64,000 nt of DNA from Lingula anatina (Eukaryota > Animalia > Brachiopoda). Shown here in pieces: positions 12,570 to 26,730 of the stretch. Below the pieces are notes generated by a model. The model was not told the DNA's origin and made no database searches. It saw only the letters and a list, made by a program, of their open reading frames with translations. The stretch covers positions 46,974,788 through 47,038,787 of the forward strand of contig CM120640.1 in NCBI GenBank assembly GCA_051362555.1, in the 5' to 3' direction. Within the stretch, counting starts at the first letter, position 1. Every line of letters starts with the position of its first letter. A program made the translations under genes and the position numbers.

Positions 12570-15526
12570 ATGGCAACTTCATCGTCTGAACAGAAGAGGG
12601 TAATCCTGTGGGCAGTGCCAAGAAGTTGTTCCACTGTCCTCGCAAAATGTATATACAACAAAGATAATGTCAAGGTAACCGATCTTGGTGTTCATATCAT
12701 TTAAGGCGAACACTACATATATATATGCACAGTTGTCATAATATGAGGATTTTGAAATACTCTTTAAAATATTTGCAATGGTTCAACAGCCCACACACAT
12801 ACTGTAGATAAGATGGACACTATTTGATTTCCAATCTTTATTAACTGGAAACAATGAAGGCTGAAATGCATACAAACAAACTATTAGTAAACTCAATAAT
12901 ATAATAAATGGAAAAATATGAAATATACAACAAAGAACTAGATTATGAAATACTGATATACCGGGTATATAGATAAATGAAAGTCACCTCAGGTATAAAA
13001 AGTCCTGCACACCTCCTATCAGGGTGAAGGCCAGTGTCTGAGTGATTCACTATATACACAGTGTGCATAGAGAGAATGACATGTTCTCCAGGTAAGTACT
13101 GATGCTTTATAATGTACCGGGTACTGGTGCAACATAGCCTTTGGCTACATCTAATATCTGACTAAGTACTCTTGGTAAGCAATTACCTTTTAATGAAAAC
13201 TACAGTATGCTCATTATCCTCTATGCCCCCCCCCCCCCCAGTCTTTTAAACATTAAAGACGGCTAAAGTTAGTTTTTATTTAGTCTTACAGATCTGCGTA
13301 GTCCTTCATTTGATTCCTTTAGTCCGGGTTTGTTGTGTGGTAAAAGTCTTGTTAATATCCGTGGTGGTTTTGGAAGTGCTTTAGGAGTTTCATGAGATGG
13401 TTGTGTTTCATGAAAGGTAGGCTTCGTGTTTCTTTACACTTTCCATCAGTTTCATTTGGACCTATGGGTAGAGTTGTGGTGACAGTTTTTTCGAACTCCA
13501 CTGATTCATCTCAATTTTTCAATAAGGTAGATTCTGGTTCTGGTAATTTGCTGAATGTAGGTGTGTCATTGTTTACTGTAGGCTGTTGTATGTAAAAACT
13601 GTGCTTTAGGTCATCAATGATAGAATGACGAGGTAGAGATGACACATATGGAATAGTGTCACACGTCCAGATCCATCAACTTTCACCAGGTACTGGTCAA
13701 ACTGTTTAACTTCATTAATAGTGCCAGTTTTGTCCCATTTATTTGGATGTGGACCAGTCTGATTCTGAATACGAACGTGATCTCCAATAGCAAGTGTGTT
13801 CGCTCCAGTGTTCTACGGTTCTCATATGTCTGTTACGGAGTGCTTCCTCACGTACAATCAGAATCTTCCTGTATTGTGGGGAAAGTGGCTATAATTTGCT
13901 GTTCTGAGGGATAGCAGTTCTGAGTTTTATTATTCTGACAGTCTGATGTTCCAAAGGTTTGCTATTCCCAAGGATTCACTATTTCAAAAGTCTGCTATTC
14001 TGTAATGCATCCCAAGAGTAGCACAAAAAATCTGAATTGAATGTAAAGAAAATGTTTAATTATAAATGTTAAATTTGGTGCTCACCTCTGATTGATGGAT
14101 GAATATAAAATTTAAATATTCATGAAATAAAGTCTATATGTTTATCATCACTTGGCAATAAGCCTTGTGAAAGATTGTTATAAACAGAATAACCCTCTCA
14201 AATTGCAGTGTTGTTGTTCTAGGCATTTACACAGTATTGCAGACAGAATTTTAGCACTAAAAGCTTGACATGGCTTCCAACTAATTCTACTCTAAAACAT
14301 AATTATAATGTCTTTTCAGAATAGCAACCCTCCAGAATAGCAAACCTGTTGGAATAGGGAACCCTAGATTTCAGAAGTCGGCATACACTCATTGGACAAT
14401 TTTATCCAGTGATGTCAGTTAACCAAACACTTATTAAAGTCTCTCTGTAGTCTTCTCATATTTTGACAATTTACAATGATGTCTATCAAGACAATCTCCA
14501 TAGTAGAAATGCAATAGTATGAAAACGTGTTGAATAGTTGGTGAGTGATGTTTACCCTATTTAAAATACACATTGTCACTTATACCACCCAGTAGTGGGG
14601 ATGAGAAATCGCCACTGTGACTTCTTTCAATTAAATAATATACACCATTTGTTATCCACAAAATTGTAATTAAGTAAGATAACCCTTTAATTTAAAAATA
14701 CATATGAAGCTTCTTCTAGAAAGGAATTTCAAGCCATTTTACTTTGGAGAAGAAAGACTTAGCAACAGATATTCTGATGGAGTTGACACATCCAATTTTT
14801 CATCCACCACTGGGAACTTCAAAAAGAGTAAAGCTGAGTATGAGGAGGACTACCCAGGTAAATGAGACAAAAATGCCTTTTAGAACTTTAAGTTGTGCAC
14901 TGGTATTTCGCACAAAATGCTGTTCTTGTTAATGTTTTGAATCAAAATTTTCTAGTGGAGGCAATATTATGAAGTAGTGTAGTGTAGTGTAAAAATATGT
15001 AAAGTTGTTATTGTTTTGGATAGTTTTTGAAAAATAAAATTCAAAGTTTGGGACTTTTTTAACCATTTGATATGCAGTTAGTTTTGAGATGCATAATGTA
15101 AATTTAAACTCAGACATGAAAAATATTTTCAGATAAGCAATTATATTGTTGTTGTTTTTTTTATTTTTATTTTCAGGTTTTGATTTAATTTTTGGTAAAG
15201 AAATGGCTGTTTATTTGATGGGCAAGTTGGACACCATGGATTATATACCTTCTGGTTATCAACACACCTTTCTGATAAGAAACCCAAAACAGGCAACCCC
15301 AGATCTGTACAAGTGTCTAACTGATAAAGAGAGAAATGGTATTGAATCTATTGTATTTTATTGTTTTTTGCTATTTAAAGAGTTATATTTTCATTGAAAT
15401 TGAAATGTCATATAATTTTTCAAGTGTTTTGCTTATTTGTTTTTAAAAATATTTTTAAGGTTGTGTAGAATACATTTTAACAAAGTATTATTTCTTGCAT
15501 AGGTAGAAAAATGTTTTCTTATGTGC

Positions 15527-15612
<86 letters not shown>

Positions 15613-16311
15613 TCTTAAGGGTGTGATCATTTTGACAAACTGGAAGCCACCTATAAACCCATACATCAATTGTTCCATTTGATCAAGAAAGAAACTGGCC
15701 AGACCCCAGTGTTGATAGATGCAGATGATCTTTTGAATGATCCAGGTTATTTTCATAACTTCACAACTGATATTTTGTTGTATTTTTGGTCTGCTTCATA
15801 GGACATTTTTAAGAATAGTCAATGCATGTGAATTTTAAAGAAACAGGATTAAATTTCCAAATGATTTGATTTGGCATTTGGATGAAATTCCAAATTAATA
15901 TTAATTCATTATTTAATTTTTTAATGAGGTCAGTCAAGTCATCATTAATAGTGGATTGTAATAGCAGATTGAGATGAGTCTCTTTAATCCGAAATATTTA
16001 TTCAGATATTACTTAAGATCTTTTCTTCTGCTTTTCTAGCTGGCATTGTGAAAAGGTACTGCTCATTAACAGGGATAGAATTCAGCCCCAGTATGTTACA
16101 GTGGGAAGCAGGCTCCACCAAGGACACTCACTGGCACCGTTGGCCTGGGTGGTACGAGGAACTGACAACAAGCACAGGGTTTAAGAAACTTGAAGAGGTA
16201 TCATCTCAGAAACCACCTGACCTGAATGATTTACCAGTAGAGGTGCAGGAAAGCATACAAGAAAACATGCCTTTGTATGAAGAACTTAAAGAATACAGAA
16301 TTCAAGTATGA
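12570..16311 (+). CDS. Sulfotransferase-like P-loop protein (family often labelled 'branched-chain amino acid aminotransferase-like', N-terminal domain)
   Basis: Exons 12570-12674 (MATSSSEQKRVILWAVPRSCSTVLAKCI), ~14734-14857 (5' boundary uncertain), 15177-15338 (FGKEMAVYL...HTFLIRNP), 15620-15745 (PVLIDADDLLNDP) and 16040-16311 (YCSLTGIEFSPSMLQWEAG...WYEELTTSTGF*). The W.vPRS.ST, KeMa, FLIR.P, IDADDL..P and STGF motifs match this family. Confidence 0.8.
13226..13875 (-). mobile_element. Ty3/Gypsy LTR-retrotransposon fragment (pol/integrase C-terminus plus polypurine tract)
   Basis: Minus strand reads REEALRNRHMRTVEHWSEHT..AIGDHVRIQNQTGPHPNKWDKTGTINEVKQFDQYLVKVDGSGRVTL ... PRILTRLLPHNKPGLKES...RRSVRLNKN* (stop ~13269). 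A G-run PPT follows (C-run at 13226-13239 on +). The fragment has deletions and frameshifts. Confidence 0.8.
13905..14365. mobile_element. Degenerate non-autonomous DNA element with inverted subterminal ~15-bp repeats
   Basis: Left arm has repeats of (ggttt)gctattc(c/t)(g/a)a and right arm has the inverse, cagaatagcaa(a)cc, three times. Confidence 0.5.
15532..15607. repeat. (TA)n microsatellite abutting a splice acceptor
   Basis: Pure TA run ending ~12 nt before the exon that starts at 15620. Confidence 0.95.
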
Positions 16312-18093
16312 AAGCAGTTTTAATTTTTTTTGCTTGCCATATGATATAAGTGCAGTTAAATTCTAGTTTATGTTACACTATAATCACTCACATGTATAAA
16401 TGCAAGTGAGGAATTTCTACATGTTTGAGGATGGTAATGTCAACTGGAGGGTGCTTAAAGGCATTTATTTATTTATTAAATCTTTATTTTATGAGTGTAA
16501 AAATACAGTATATCTATAATTGATCTTCCCCATGGTCATCATAAGGCATGGGGGTATTTTGTTTAAAATGATATAGTGCATTACACAACTTAAATGTGTC
16601 AATTGTTTGAACTTTGTTAAATTGTTGAAATACATCGAAATTCAAGCTCACACATGGAGCTCCATGATGTCAAGAGATAGTAATTATTAAATGTAAGTTA
16701 TATTGGAAATGTGTTAAGATGCAGTGCCTAAAACATTTAAGGTAAAGTTAACATGGTCTTGAAAGAAAAGGCATTTAAAATGTAATCAATATCAGTTTTC
16801 ATGGAATCTTTTATACAGTTTAAATATCAGAATTGCAAAAAATAGTAACATATTTTGGTAATCTCTGAATAGAATTTCAAAATATCAAGTAGTTGCTGTT
16901 TAGGCAACAAGATATTTCTCTAAAAAGATAAGTTATATAACTTATATACCATACTTGTTTAAAATATAGTATATGCATCCTTTTAAGCAGTAACCTCTAT
17001 CACATTTTAGTGATTATATTTTGAAGGTTCGAGAGGCAATTGATCACAACTGCTTTTTACTTTTTCTTTTTACATTTGGCCAGCCAAGCTCTTGGTTTGT
17101 TTTTGTTAATTTTGTTAAAATCTCATTTAATTATATAAATGACAGTGTGTTAAATTTCTTCTCAGTGTTCTGAATATTTTTATACCTAACCTGAAATTGC
17201 TTGAAAATAAAGGAAAGTGTTTTGTATATACTTCAAAACAGCATTTTGTTCCTGAGACTTTTTAATTCCTGGGTTTTAGGCGATGCAAAAATTTTTCATT
17301 CTTTTTTTTTTTTTAGTATTTTGCAGTTCAAGGTACTTTTCCTCTATTAAATTTATTGTTATGAATGCCTTTCTATTGACATACGGACTACAAGGACTAG
17401 TAGGCTACTTTTAGACCGATTTATTTGCAGTTTGGAGGAAAAGAATGCCTTGTAGACATCCTATTTTAACTTACGTTCAATTTAAAACTCACCAAAAGGG
17501 TCTATAGATCGTGTCTATAACAGAAAAATTTTGTGAACGTCGTATATAAAAAGAATAATACTATGTAAAACGGACTAAAACGTTAATGGCTAATCCTATA
17601 TCACAGAAAATTTTGGCAAGACCATGACGTCTAAGAATCCTAGGATGTTTAACATTAAGAAAAAGTAATGTTTTCTGCACTCGAACTGCAATATGTATGG
17701 AATCAAAGCTGTGAATGTCTTTAAAAAGCGTCATGTAAAGCAGAAATATAAAAATTGTTCGAAATTCTCACGTGCAATCATACATTGTTAAACCAAAATG
17801 CGTTTATCATTTACAAATAATTCCACTTTTCCAATGACTTGTGCGATCGAACAAGCAATTTCAAAAAACGAAAGCAAAAAATAGAATTTACTACAAATGT
17901 ATATGCTTTCCTCGTCTTACCCACTCGGCTCGTAATGATATTGAAATCGATTATAAGCGTCATTTCCTTGTCCTCTTGCTGCTTTGTAAAAAATCTAATT
18001 AAGAACTGATCCTCAAGTAACGGTGGCTTGTTTTCACTAGCAACCAAAATCCACGTAAGACTAGTCTTCAGTCATTTATTATCCCCTATTACT

Positions 18094-21000
18094 CTAATAA
18101 ACCGTAAGCGCTCCTTTTATGGCAAGAGAGAGTAAGATCAGCACATGGCTTGTTACATTTAGATTTTGTGCGGAACTCTCCGGTATAGGAACACTGCCTT
18201 CTGTGTAATTGGAACCAGCCCCTGAAATTAAATATGGACGTAAAGTGTCTTGTTAAAACAAACAAACAAACAAAAAAATTAAATGAAGATGCATGTGTGT
18301 TTATCTTATAAAAAAGAAAAAGAAACTCAACTCGCGGTTTTAAGAGCTAAATCGTAAATTCTGATTAATCAAAAATAAACACCTTTGGTTCACTTGCACA
18401 TAAAACGTGAAAAAATAGAAAAGTGTAAATATTGCTAGATGTCAATTAATTAATACATTTTCTGACTCACCAGAGCAGCGTTTTTTACAATTTTTGGTAG
18501 CTACTAAAAGTCACGTTTGTGTAAAAAATAATAGTTGAAAGTTCATATTTGATGAAGTTTACAACATTGCACTGACTGATATCTAGCACCCATGCACAGC
18601 CACTTACATGGACACACATCGCACTGGTGAGGACAAGAGACTGTTGTACCGGCATATTTCCTACAGTCTGCCATGGATAGGTATCCTGCCGATTTACCGC
18701 AGTAGTACTCGTCTTTCACTTCATCGCAGTTCACTGCAATAAAAATGCCCGTTGAAATGCACATTGTAAATTTAGTTCTCATATTCGGCTAGCCCGGAAA
18801 GGAAGGAAAAAGAGAAAAGAAAGGTCAACTTACATGCACAGTTGTCTGAAGGTTTATAACTGTTGGTTAAGCAGTCGCAGCTACAGTTATTGTAATGCAT
18901 TGTCGCACTATTCAGACACACTTTGTTTTCGCAGTCTGTAAAAGTAAAACAATAGTTTTAGTAAATGATGAAATAGCGAAGAAATAACAATCAAGAAATT
19001 GCCAGTAAATGTCTTCTGAGTCGCTTTCTTCAAATATTAGATTATTAAGATTTAAATACTTTGCTTGTACTGCAATACAAACACCTATGACCTATGTATG
19101 TTATATTATAAATTAATTGTAATTTTTTTTTCTTAATCAAGGCAACCATCTCTATTATCTGTGCAAGCCAACCATCTCCACAATCTATTTCAAATTAAAA
19201 CAATATATGTTTTTTCATGGGCTCATTCTATTTCGTAACGTGTGGTGCCGGCGGCAATAATCGGATTTGAGCATCGAGAATATAAAAACTAAAATAAAGT
19301 AGAAAAGCACTTAACGAGCGCAAACCTCCACCAAGACAAATTGTTGACTAATAATTAATTAATTAATTAATTAATTAATTAATGGAGCATCACCAAACTC
19401 TAACCACTTTAGCCCATCACCAATCCTGAAAGTTTCATCAAAATCCATCCATTTTGCGTTACGCTGGTGACGAACGGCGAAAACATAACCTCCTTGGCGG
19501 AGGTAACGAAAATGGTTGAACCACGTATCCATCTCAAAGGTGATACAATAAAACTGGCCCTATGCGATCCGTTACATGCAACTTCTGTTAGTGAAAGCAC
19601 GGAAGAAACAGATACTTGTTATCCGTTTTTAGTAAACATGTACACTTTTGCCAATTTATTTGAAAATTCGAATTCGGCGGCAATGGAATTATGTGGAATT
19701 TCGTTGTCATTATAAACTTTTCTTGGAAAACCACACGGGTAGGCCCGCAAAACAGTAAATAAAACAGCTAGGGCAGTCTTACTGTATAAAACCTATTACT
19801 TGAAAACAGCTTACCACAAAGAGAATTGCTACAATGATTGCTGCAAGCAGAGCACGCCTTCCCCTGCTTGTAAGGCTTACTGAATCCACCCACGTTGCCA
19901 CTAGATGTAAAATAATACAGTAATAAAATTTTATTTTTTTGGCAGAAACAAGCAAGATTGAACGCAACAGCCACAAGAACCAAAGGATGTAAATGTGAAT
20001 CAATATTTTTACTCTACAATTGGGGATAAGTTTCTAACAAATAAATTTAAAAAATATAACCCATCCCGCATCAAAAATATGCCAGAAATAGAGACAAAAA
20101 AATTGACAAGGATTTTTAATATAGAGTTTGGTATTTTCACTTACGCAGGTCCATAGTCACACACGTATATTTTGCCTGCCTCACCACAATTAGCAAAGCC
20201 ACAGCCTATTCGTGAGCTAGCGGCCCACACTAGCTGAAAGTAAATGACAATTTGATTTATACCCTTGAATAATATCTGTTAATTGTCAGTCCTATGCTCA
20301 CGCAATCGTTTTAGTATTGTCAGGATATTTGGAAAGTATCTTAAAAACACATTTATGACTTTCCCCCTTTGAAAAGGGAATAGGGCTGGAACCAGAAATC
20401 AATGTTGATAAGGGGGAAGGTCCGACTATATAGCGTGTTGCTATTGCTACCTCCCTTCAAAAATGATATTAAAATAGCACCTGTCAAAATATTAATTCAA
20501 ATGAGAACTATAGAAAGAAACAAAATAAGATAAAATAAGATTAAAAAAGGCATCATTCCGCATTTGTATGCTAGTTCTCCCGGAAATAGTTACCTGAGTA
20601 TAATGTCCCACTTTACCGAAGTCCATATTTTCATCTCCATATATAAAGTCCTTGATTTCATCATACCAAGCCTGTATTACAGCTTCCCACGACTTGTAGC
20701 CCTTTCCCAGGTTCTGACCGACGGAATATTTTCCTACGTAACAACAACCGAAGCTTGGTATTTTATTCCATTTATGGATTTTTATTTTTTATTTTTAACC
20801 GCAAATAGAGAGTAATCAATTTTTCTTCTGAAAATGTAAATTTTAAAAGAGTAATAACGCTTTTCTAATGAAAAGACAAATGTTTTGTGCATTAGCTATA
20901 CATATTGTAAAACGTGTCAGTTATTCTTACCAGGCACCCGCCTTAATTCACCAGGCTCGTGGTCATAATGACAGTTGTCGGCCCAGCCTTGTGCAACCTC

Positions 21001-21095
21001 TGCGATTTCTTCGTCCCAATACTGCGACGAATAAATGGATATGGCTGTAAATCAGTATCACAACTAACACACGCACGCGCGCGTACACACGCACA

Positions 21096-21136
<41 letters not shown>

Positions 21137-22125
21137 ACAGATGAGTGAATGAGTGAGTATTCAATTCACTACATTGACAAAATAAAGTTGAAATTTTTTT
21201 TGGCAATTTCAGTTGTTTTGCTCTGATCTTGATTCAAAATATCTGTTACTATGAAAAAAAATCGACTTTGTGAAGAGTGGCAGTCATCAATAGGATAATT
21301 TATAATAGGCATCTATATTTAATATGGTACTCCCTCAGACTAACTGATCAACTGCCAACATTTTAAAAAGACGCGTCAAAACTTACATTAAAATATGAAT
21401 TAAATCAATTATCAAATGAAAAATGTCATTAATTTAAAAAGGCATTTTATCAAGTGTTCTTTCTAAATCTGTGGATGCTCATTTACACATCACGATAGAA
21501 CTCACCATTTTCATCATATTCGATGCTTCATGATCATCAGCCGTTGCTTTTCTTAATTCATTGTGTTTGCTTACAATGGTTGCTATGTCGTTTTCAGTCA
21601 CACCTAAAGCATCCATAGCACTGACCATAAGACACTGTTCAATTTCGATAATTTATATGCAACTTTTTTCAGTCAGAAAATTCCCAGCTACACCGTAATC
21701 ATTTCAATTACGAAAAAAAAAATCAGAAATAATCTTTTCTTTAATAAATCAATCGACAATCTACAAATTTCAGAGATGTCCTGAGTCCACTATTGAGAAT
21801 AAATTCAGATTGACTAATTTATATACTGACCTCCTGATAACTTTCATCATTAAAATCTCGTGATTGATGAAAGACTTAAAATTTAATTTGCCATGCTTAG
21901 CCTTGGATTTACAGCTAGATTAACACAATCTAAAATGCATAACAAATCACCAACGGGCTAAGATTAAATACACTATCACGATATAAGTTAATTTTTGTCC
22001 TTGTGGTTAAAATATCAAAAGCTTACCCCCAGATTCCCATTTAATAGATTTTGGTAGGCACGCTGAGTGTCTTGGCCACACAGCAAATTTATCTTTACAT
22101 TTTTCTGCTGCTGCTGCTGTAGAAA
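18094..22125 (-). CDS. CAP/SCP (CRISP/GLIPR-like) secreted protein with Cys-rich hinge, EGF-like and ShK-like modules and a hydrophobic C-terminus; signal-peptide exon unresolved
   Basis: Exons 22125-22027, 21603-21506, 21021-20931, 20733-20594, 20233-20145, 19900-19815, 18935-18834, 18733-18608 and 18221-18094 join in frame. Motifs: HNELRK, ASNMMKMYWDEEIA, VGQNL, AWYDE, GHYTQLVWAASSRIGCG, YVCDYGPAGN, PYKQGKACSAC, CLNSATMHYNNCSCDC, CPHQCDVC. A candidate upstream exon ending ATG|GT lies at 24655. Confidence 0.9.
19296..19506 (+). mobile_element. HINE/DINE-1-like (Helentron-associated) non-autonomous element
   Basis: 5' aacctccaccaag (~19323) is inverted relative to the 3' cttggcggaggt. There is a 3' hairpin acctcc-ttggc-ggaggt (~19487-19504) and an internal (TAAT)n microsatellite at 19351-19383. 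Confidence 0.6.
21066..21136. repeat. Compound (CA/CG)n-(GA)n microsatellite
   Basis: acacacgcacgcgcgcgtacacacgcacac followed by a GA run. Confidence 0.9.
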
Positions 22126-25100
22126 CTGAAAAAAATTAAAGTCGGGCTTGTTATTGCAGAGAGATGAAAATGGGAGGAAAGGGACTTATTTTCTAATCGT
22201 TGGTAATATTATCGAGACGCATTATTTGCTCTTCGCAGTATACACACTGATTTTTAATCCTTTTTAATCCTTTTAATCCTTTAGGGGGGGGGGGGATATC
22301 CGATTTTATTTTACAATTTCATTTTCCCCGCACATTTTTTGCGACCACTGAATGATTCAAATAAAAAATGAGCTAATGAAATTACGAATCGGTTTCTTAT
22401 GACGTCGCCACTACCATTCTAAAATAAAAGGTGCTTATTTGATAATAAAAGTCTGCCGCTTTCCTGCACGGCAATGGGCAGAAGAAAGTTACCGTTAACA
22501 CCCTGAACCTCAAGGTGGGCTTACATTACGTTAAGTAGATTTATTAATCGATCATTTAATTTCATCTAATTCATTTGGGAAATTTTGTAGACCATTATAG
22601 ATATTGGATTTCGAGTCTTAAAAATTCAATATAGTAGTATTGGAAGATCATGCAAAATAAAGGTTTTCTTATCATATGCACACTGAACCGACATACACGC
22701 ATATATATAGAATAGAAAGACGGGATTTGGTGATGGTCTAGGATTTATGCATCAGAAATAATTGCAAGGCAGTATATTTCTGTTTGAAAGTAACGGAAGT
22801 TTTTTCTCTCAGTCCTTTCATCGACCCATCTAAATCCTTATCATTTGCACTTTAAAAGAGACACGTTTTTTTTTCTTAATAAGGCCTATATTGATATTAG
22901 AATCCTTTCTTATCGAGATCACAGTAAGAAGGTGCACGATCCCTTGGAACTCGTGAAATAATGGAGACAGTAACCATGGCGTAGACAATGTCGTAGACAA
23001 TTGGGAATAATCCTTTCATTACAGTTTTGTAGAAAAGGTAGGCGAAAACGAAAAAAAAAAAGAACTAATACAATAGGGGGCGTAATGATAGAACAGCACT
23101 TTTGGTACCCACACTCATCCATAGCTTATTATTTAAATTGTGTTTAGCAATTACAATGATGCATGGTATGTTACTTTCTTATGTTGTAACACTTAGTCTT
23201 GCCATGATTTTACAATACTAATATTATTTGCATAAATCGCTATTTTTCAATATCTACAGGAAAATAAGCTAATCATTACCGCCTGTGCATAGGTTAACAA
23301 CTGATAACGTGTTTATATTCCATGGCTTTTGATGAACACGAATGGCCGTTGATTAACTGATTATCTAGATTTGGATTAGCTAGTTACTATTTTGAAGCAA
23401 TAAAATTATTCATCGTTTACGCGTGTACCCCATACTAACGTATTAACAAAGATTAATCACTCTCGGTTTATCAGGTTAATAACCATACCACAATTGAAAC
23501 ACTTTGGCATTATGAAATTGTCAAATCCTTAACAACGCCCCTAGAAACTATTAGTCAGTAAATGGTGCAGTGCGTGCAAAATCGGAAGTCTTTGAGACGA
23601 GAACCAACATGTGCCGCATCTCGACAGAGATTTATCAACGTTATGAAAATGATCAAATTCCAAATAACATGCTCAGTTTCGGTGGACGTACAGTACGTAC
23701 AAAACAAAAACCCGTTATAATACCTTTAACCCGTGACTAGACCCCCCCCCAAAAAAAAAAAACAAAAAAAAAAAACGTATATGGTGAATCATATGAGAAT
23801 GATGTATTGGTAACACCCCAAATAACAGCCAAAGATACCCACCCGCGGCGTTGTACTTGTAAAAACGAACCATGATATTACGTTTCCCTTTGCTAGACGG
23901 CTTATTTTATTTCAGGAACATTTTTAATCTACCTAAGCAACGTCGATTCATGAAATATCGATTCCAAAGTGTTGAGGTTAATTTTGGAGGGTCTCAAAAT
24001 GATAACGTATCTTATTTCCCCACAATAATGGATTTTGTCCAAAGGTAAATGTCCCTAATCGGCAGAGTAGGGCAGGATGAATTATAGCAATGCAGTTATG
24101 CAGACCGACTGATTAATTTACAGAATGATAGTTAGGGATATCAAGTCGATTGTGAATCCTTGCGTACATCTTCATTAAAAGTCTTTTATCTTCAAATCAT
24201 GAAAATAATTCGTCATAAATCCCTAAAGGGCGTTGAGGAGGCTGGGGAGGGGGAAGCGGTCGGTAGTATTGATAGCAACGGATAACCTGAAACAACTAAA
24301 TTAACAGGCATGTTCTGACGCTCGCGTACTTGCATGCTGTACTTCCCTCATCAAATTTCAAGAACGCATGTATACGTATCTATATGCATTAACATCTATG
24401 CCTTCGTATATTTCTTTGCACATTGAAAAAATTCTAAGATGGAACAGATAGGGATATCCTTGTTATGTCCTCAGTTCAAAGCTTTGACTCAGTATTTTAT
24501 GAAATTTAATATCAGATACAGTGGAATATATGTAACGTACAAATGAAACAAGCCTATATGTAACCGATACATTTTTCTTATATTCTGTGAAATAAATAAA
24601 GACCTACATACCACATAGAAATAAGGCTCCCAGTGCCAGGTGCGTAGGTCTTACCATGATGAAATATATCTTCCTTCTAAACTGATTTTTTTGCAGGAGA
24701 ATCTCTCAAATCTCCACAGGATCCGGGCTTGTTTTTGCCTGGAGTTCTTCGAGTGAGCTGGCCCGGGAGGTAATAACAGAAGAGCTCCAATTATAATAGC
24801 TAACTGAATATTAAATGGCCCGGCGATTTAGGTATGTCAACATTGCTGTTAATTTAGCCTTACCTAATTGTGTAGCGATTTCAATGGATTTAGCAAAATA
24901 TTGGAATCTGACTAATTGTGTTGATCGCGTAGTTTCATCAACTGGAGTTAATGGGCACCCGACAAATGTGCGACAATAAATGATAATATCCAAGACACTA
25001 AGATTCAAAACAAAAACAAATCCCGATTTGGTGAAGTGGTGCTCGTCGTCAAATGATGCAGCTAAACGCACTAAAGACACGTTCACGCGATTTAGCTGGC

Positions 25101-26730
25101 ACCGAGGCCCAACCCTGTGACTTATATGAATTGACGCAAAATGTGTATTATGAAATGAGGTTGTATTATAATTGGGCATATCAGCCTCACGCTAGAGTAG
25201 GCGGGCACAGGACTAGATGTGTTCTTATCTGCAAAATCTTTCGGTTTATTGGATGTCTGGAAAGAGAGTAGAGAGACAAAAGTACTTTTGGTAAAAGGGA
25301 GAGCAGGTAGTGCCTTTGGCGTTAGAATAAAACTGACATTTTAATCAAAGAATCTTCTTTACGTTCAGGTATTAAATTAATCATATTTAACAGATTCGTA
25401 TTTCATAGAGGCCCGTGTTCTCCTGAAATTCTTTTATTTTCGTCATTTATTCCTCACGATGCAACTAAATCAAATTATATTATTATTTTCCCCACACTTT
25501 TTGTATTGTAATATGTCCGTGTTTCATATCTGTGCTCTATCTTTGTCTATATAATGTTTGACACCTGCAATTTGGACCTTTTTCAAGATATCCTTTGTTT
25601 GCTGTTCTTTTCTTATGTTTAGTAACACTCCAGTAATTGATAAAACTAGGGGATTATGTAAGATGTCCCTTTTCTTGATAAGACTGCAAACATGATCTGA
25701 AAAGTTCACCAAGCTGAAATACCGTACACTGAAGAGGAGGAAGTAGCACAGGGCGTTGCAACAAATAAAAAATGAATGAGTCAAAAGCAAAATTGGAACT
25801 TGACAGTATTTTTTGAACGGATTGCAGATGACAGGCTAACTGGCAATTTTCTTCGCAGCTTAATGTAACAAAACACAATGGTATGTAAGGGGAGGATAAG
25901 AAAATATGCGAAGAACACATTTTTTACGATCTTATTGCCATTTTCTTTCTTGTAAATGTTTTATCGGGGCTGTAAGGAAGATGTATACAGCAGATTAGAC
26001 CTACTGCCATGTGAATTATTTCAATTTATTTTTGTATTGGTATGGGATGGAAGACAGGGCAGGAAAAATAAATCATTGACGCTGAAGCCACCGAAGTTAA
26101 TCATACTAAGATGGGTTTTTTTTTTAACTGGCATGGGCATAGGTTCAAGTGTGCACACACACACACACTCGGTCTTATACGCGCGCAAGTACTCGGTTCG
26201 TACTCAGGCGCACACAAGTACGCACATGCGAGGGCACTAACTTGCCATGCGTATAGAATGAACGCATGCGCTGTTTGGGGGTGGTGGGGGTATTACGGCC
26301 AAAACGGACTGCGACGTAATATTGCAATGACTCGAGCACACATGTAGCAGGCAACGCTTTGGCAACAAAATCGTCCAGGTAATTTAAATAATTTCCAATC
26401 TAATTTGAGCGGTAAAATATTTGATCACCTACTCAACACAGACACGTGTAGGCCTACATGTAATTGTAGAGCGTTACCGCCCTTCATCCTGTGTTGTAGG
26501 ACGTTATACTGTAGCAGCTGACTGTATTGAACGTTACTCTACATCATTAGTCATCTTTTAGTCCCAAACACCCTTGCATTTGTTGTTGGGCGTGAAAGAG
26601 GAGATATAAACCAGATTGGACGCGCGCTTATTTCCTCAAATCTGAAAACAAACCCCATTTTATTTGGCATTTATCATATTCAACGTTTGCGATCATCATT
26701 TTTTCCAAGACCTCACCTCCATTCCTTTAA

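Noticed and set aside
13000-13225. Possible 3' LTR next to the Gypsy PPT
   Set aside because: No TG...CA termini or second LTR copy could be identified.
15433-15756. 107-aa ORF with a YI repeat
   Set aside because: It is a translation of the (TA)n microsatellite, antisense to a real exon.
22130-24660. Candidate signal-peptide exons for the CAP gene (e.g. ~23697-23736 SRVKGIITGFCFV, ~24541-24584)
   Set aside because: Splice sites are weak or phases incompatible, so none can be chosen without transcript data.
25524-25920. Two overlapping 88-aa minus-strand ORFs
   Set aside because: No recognisable motif and no consistent exon chain.
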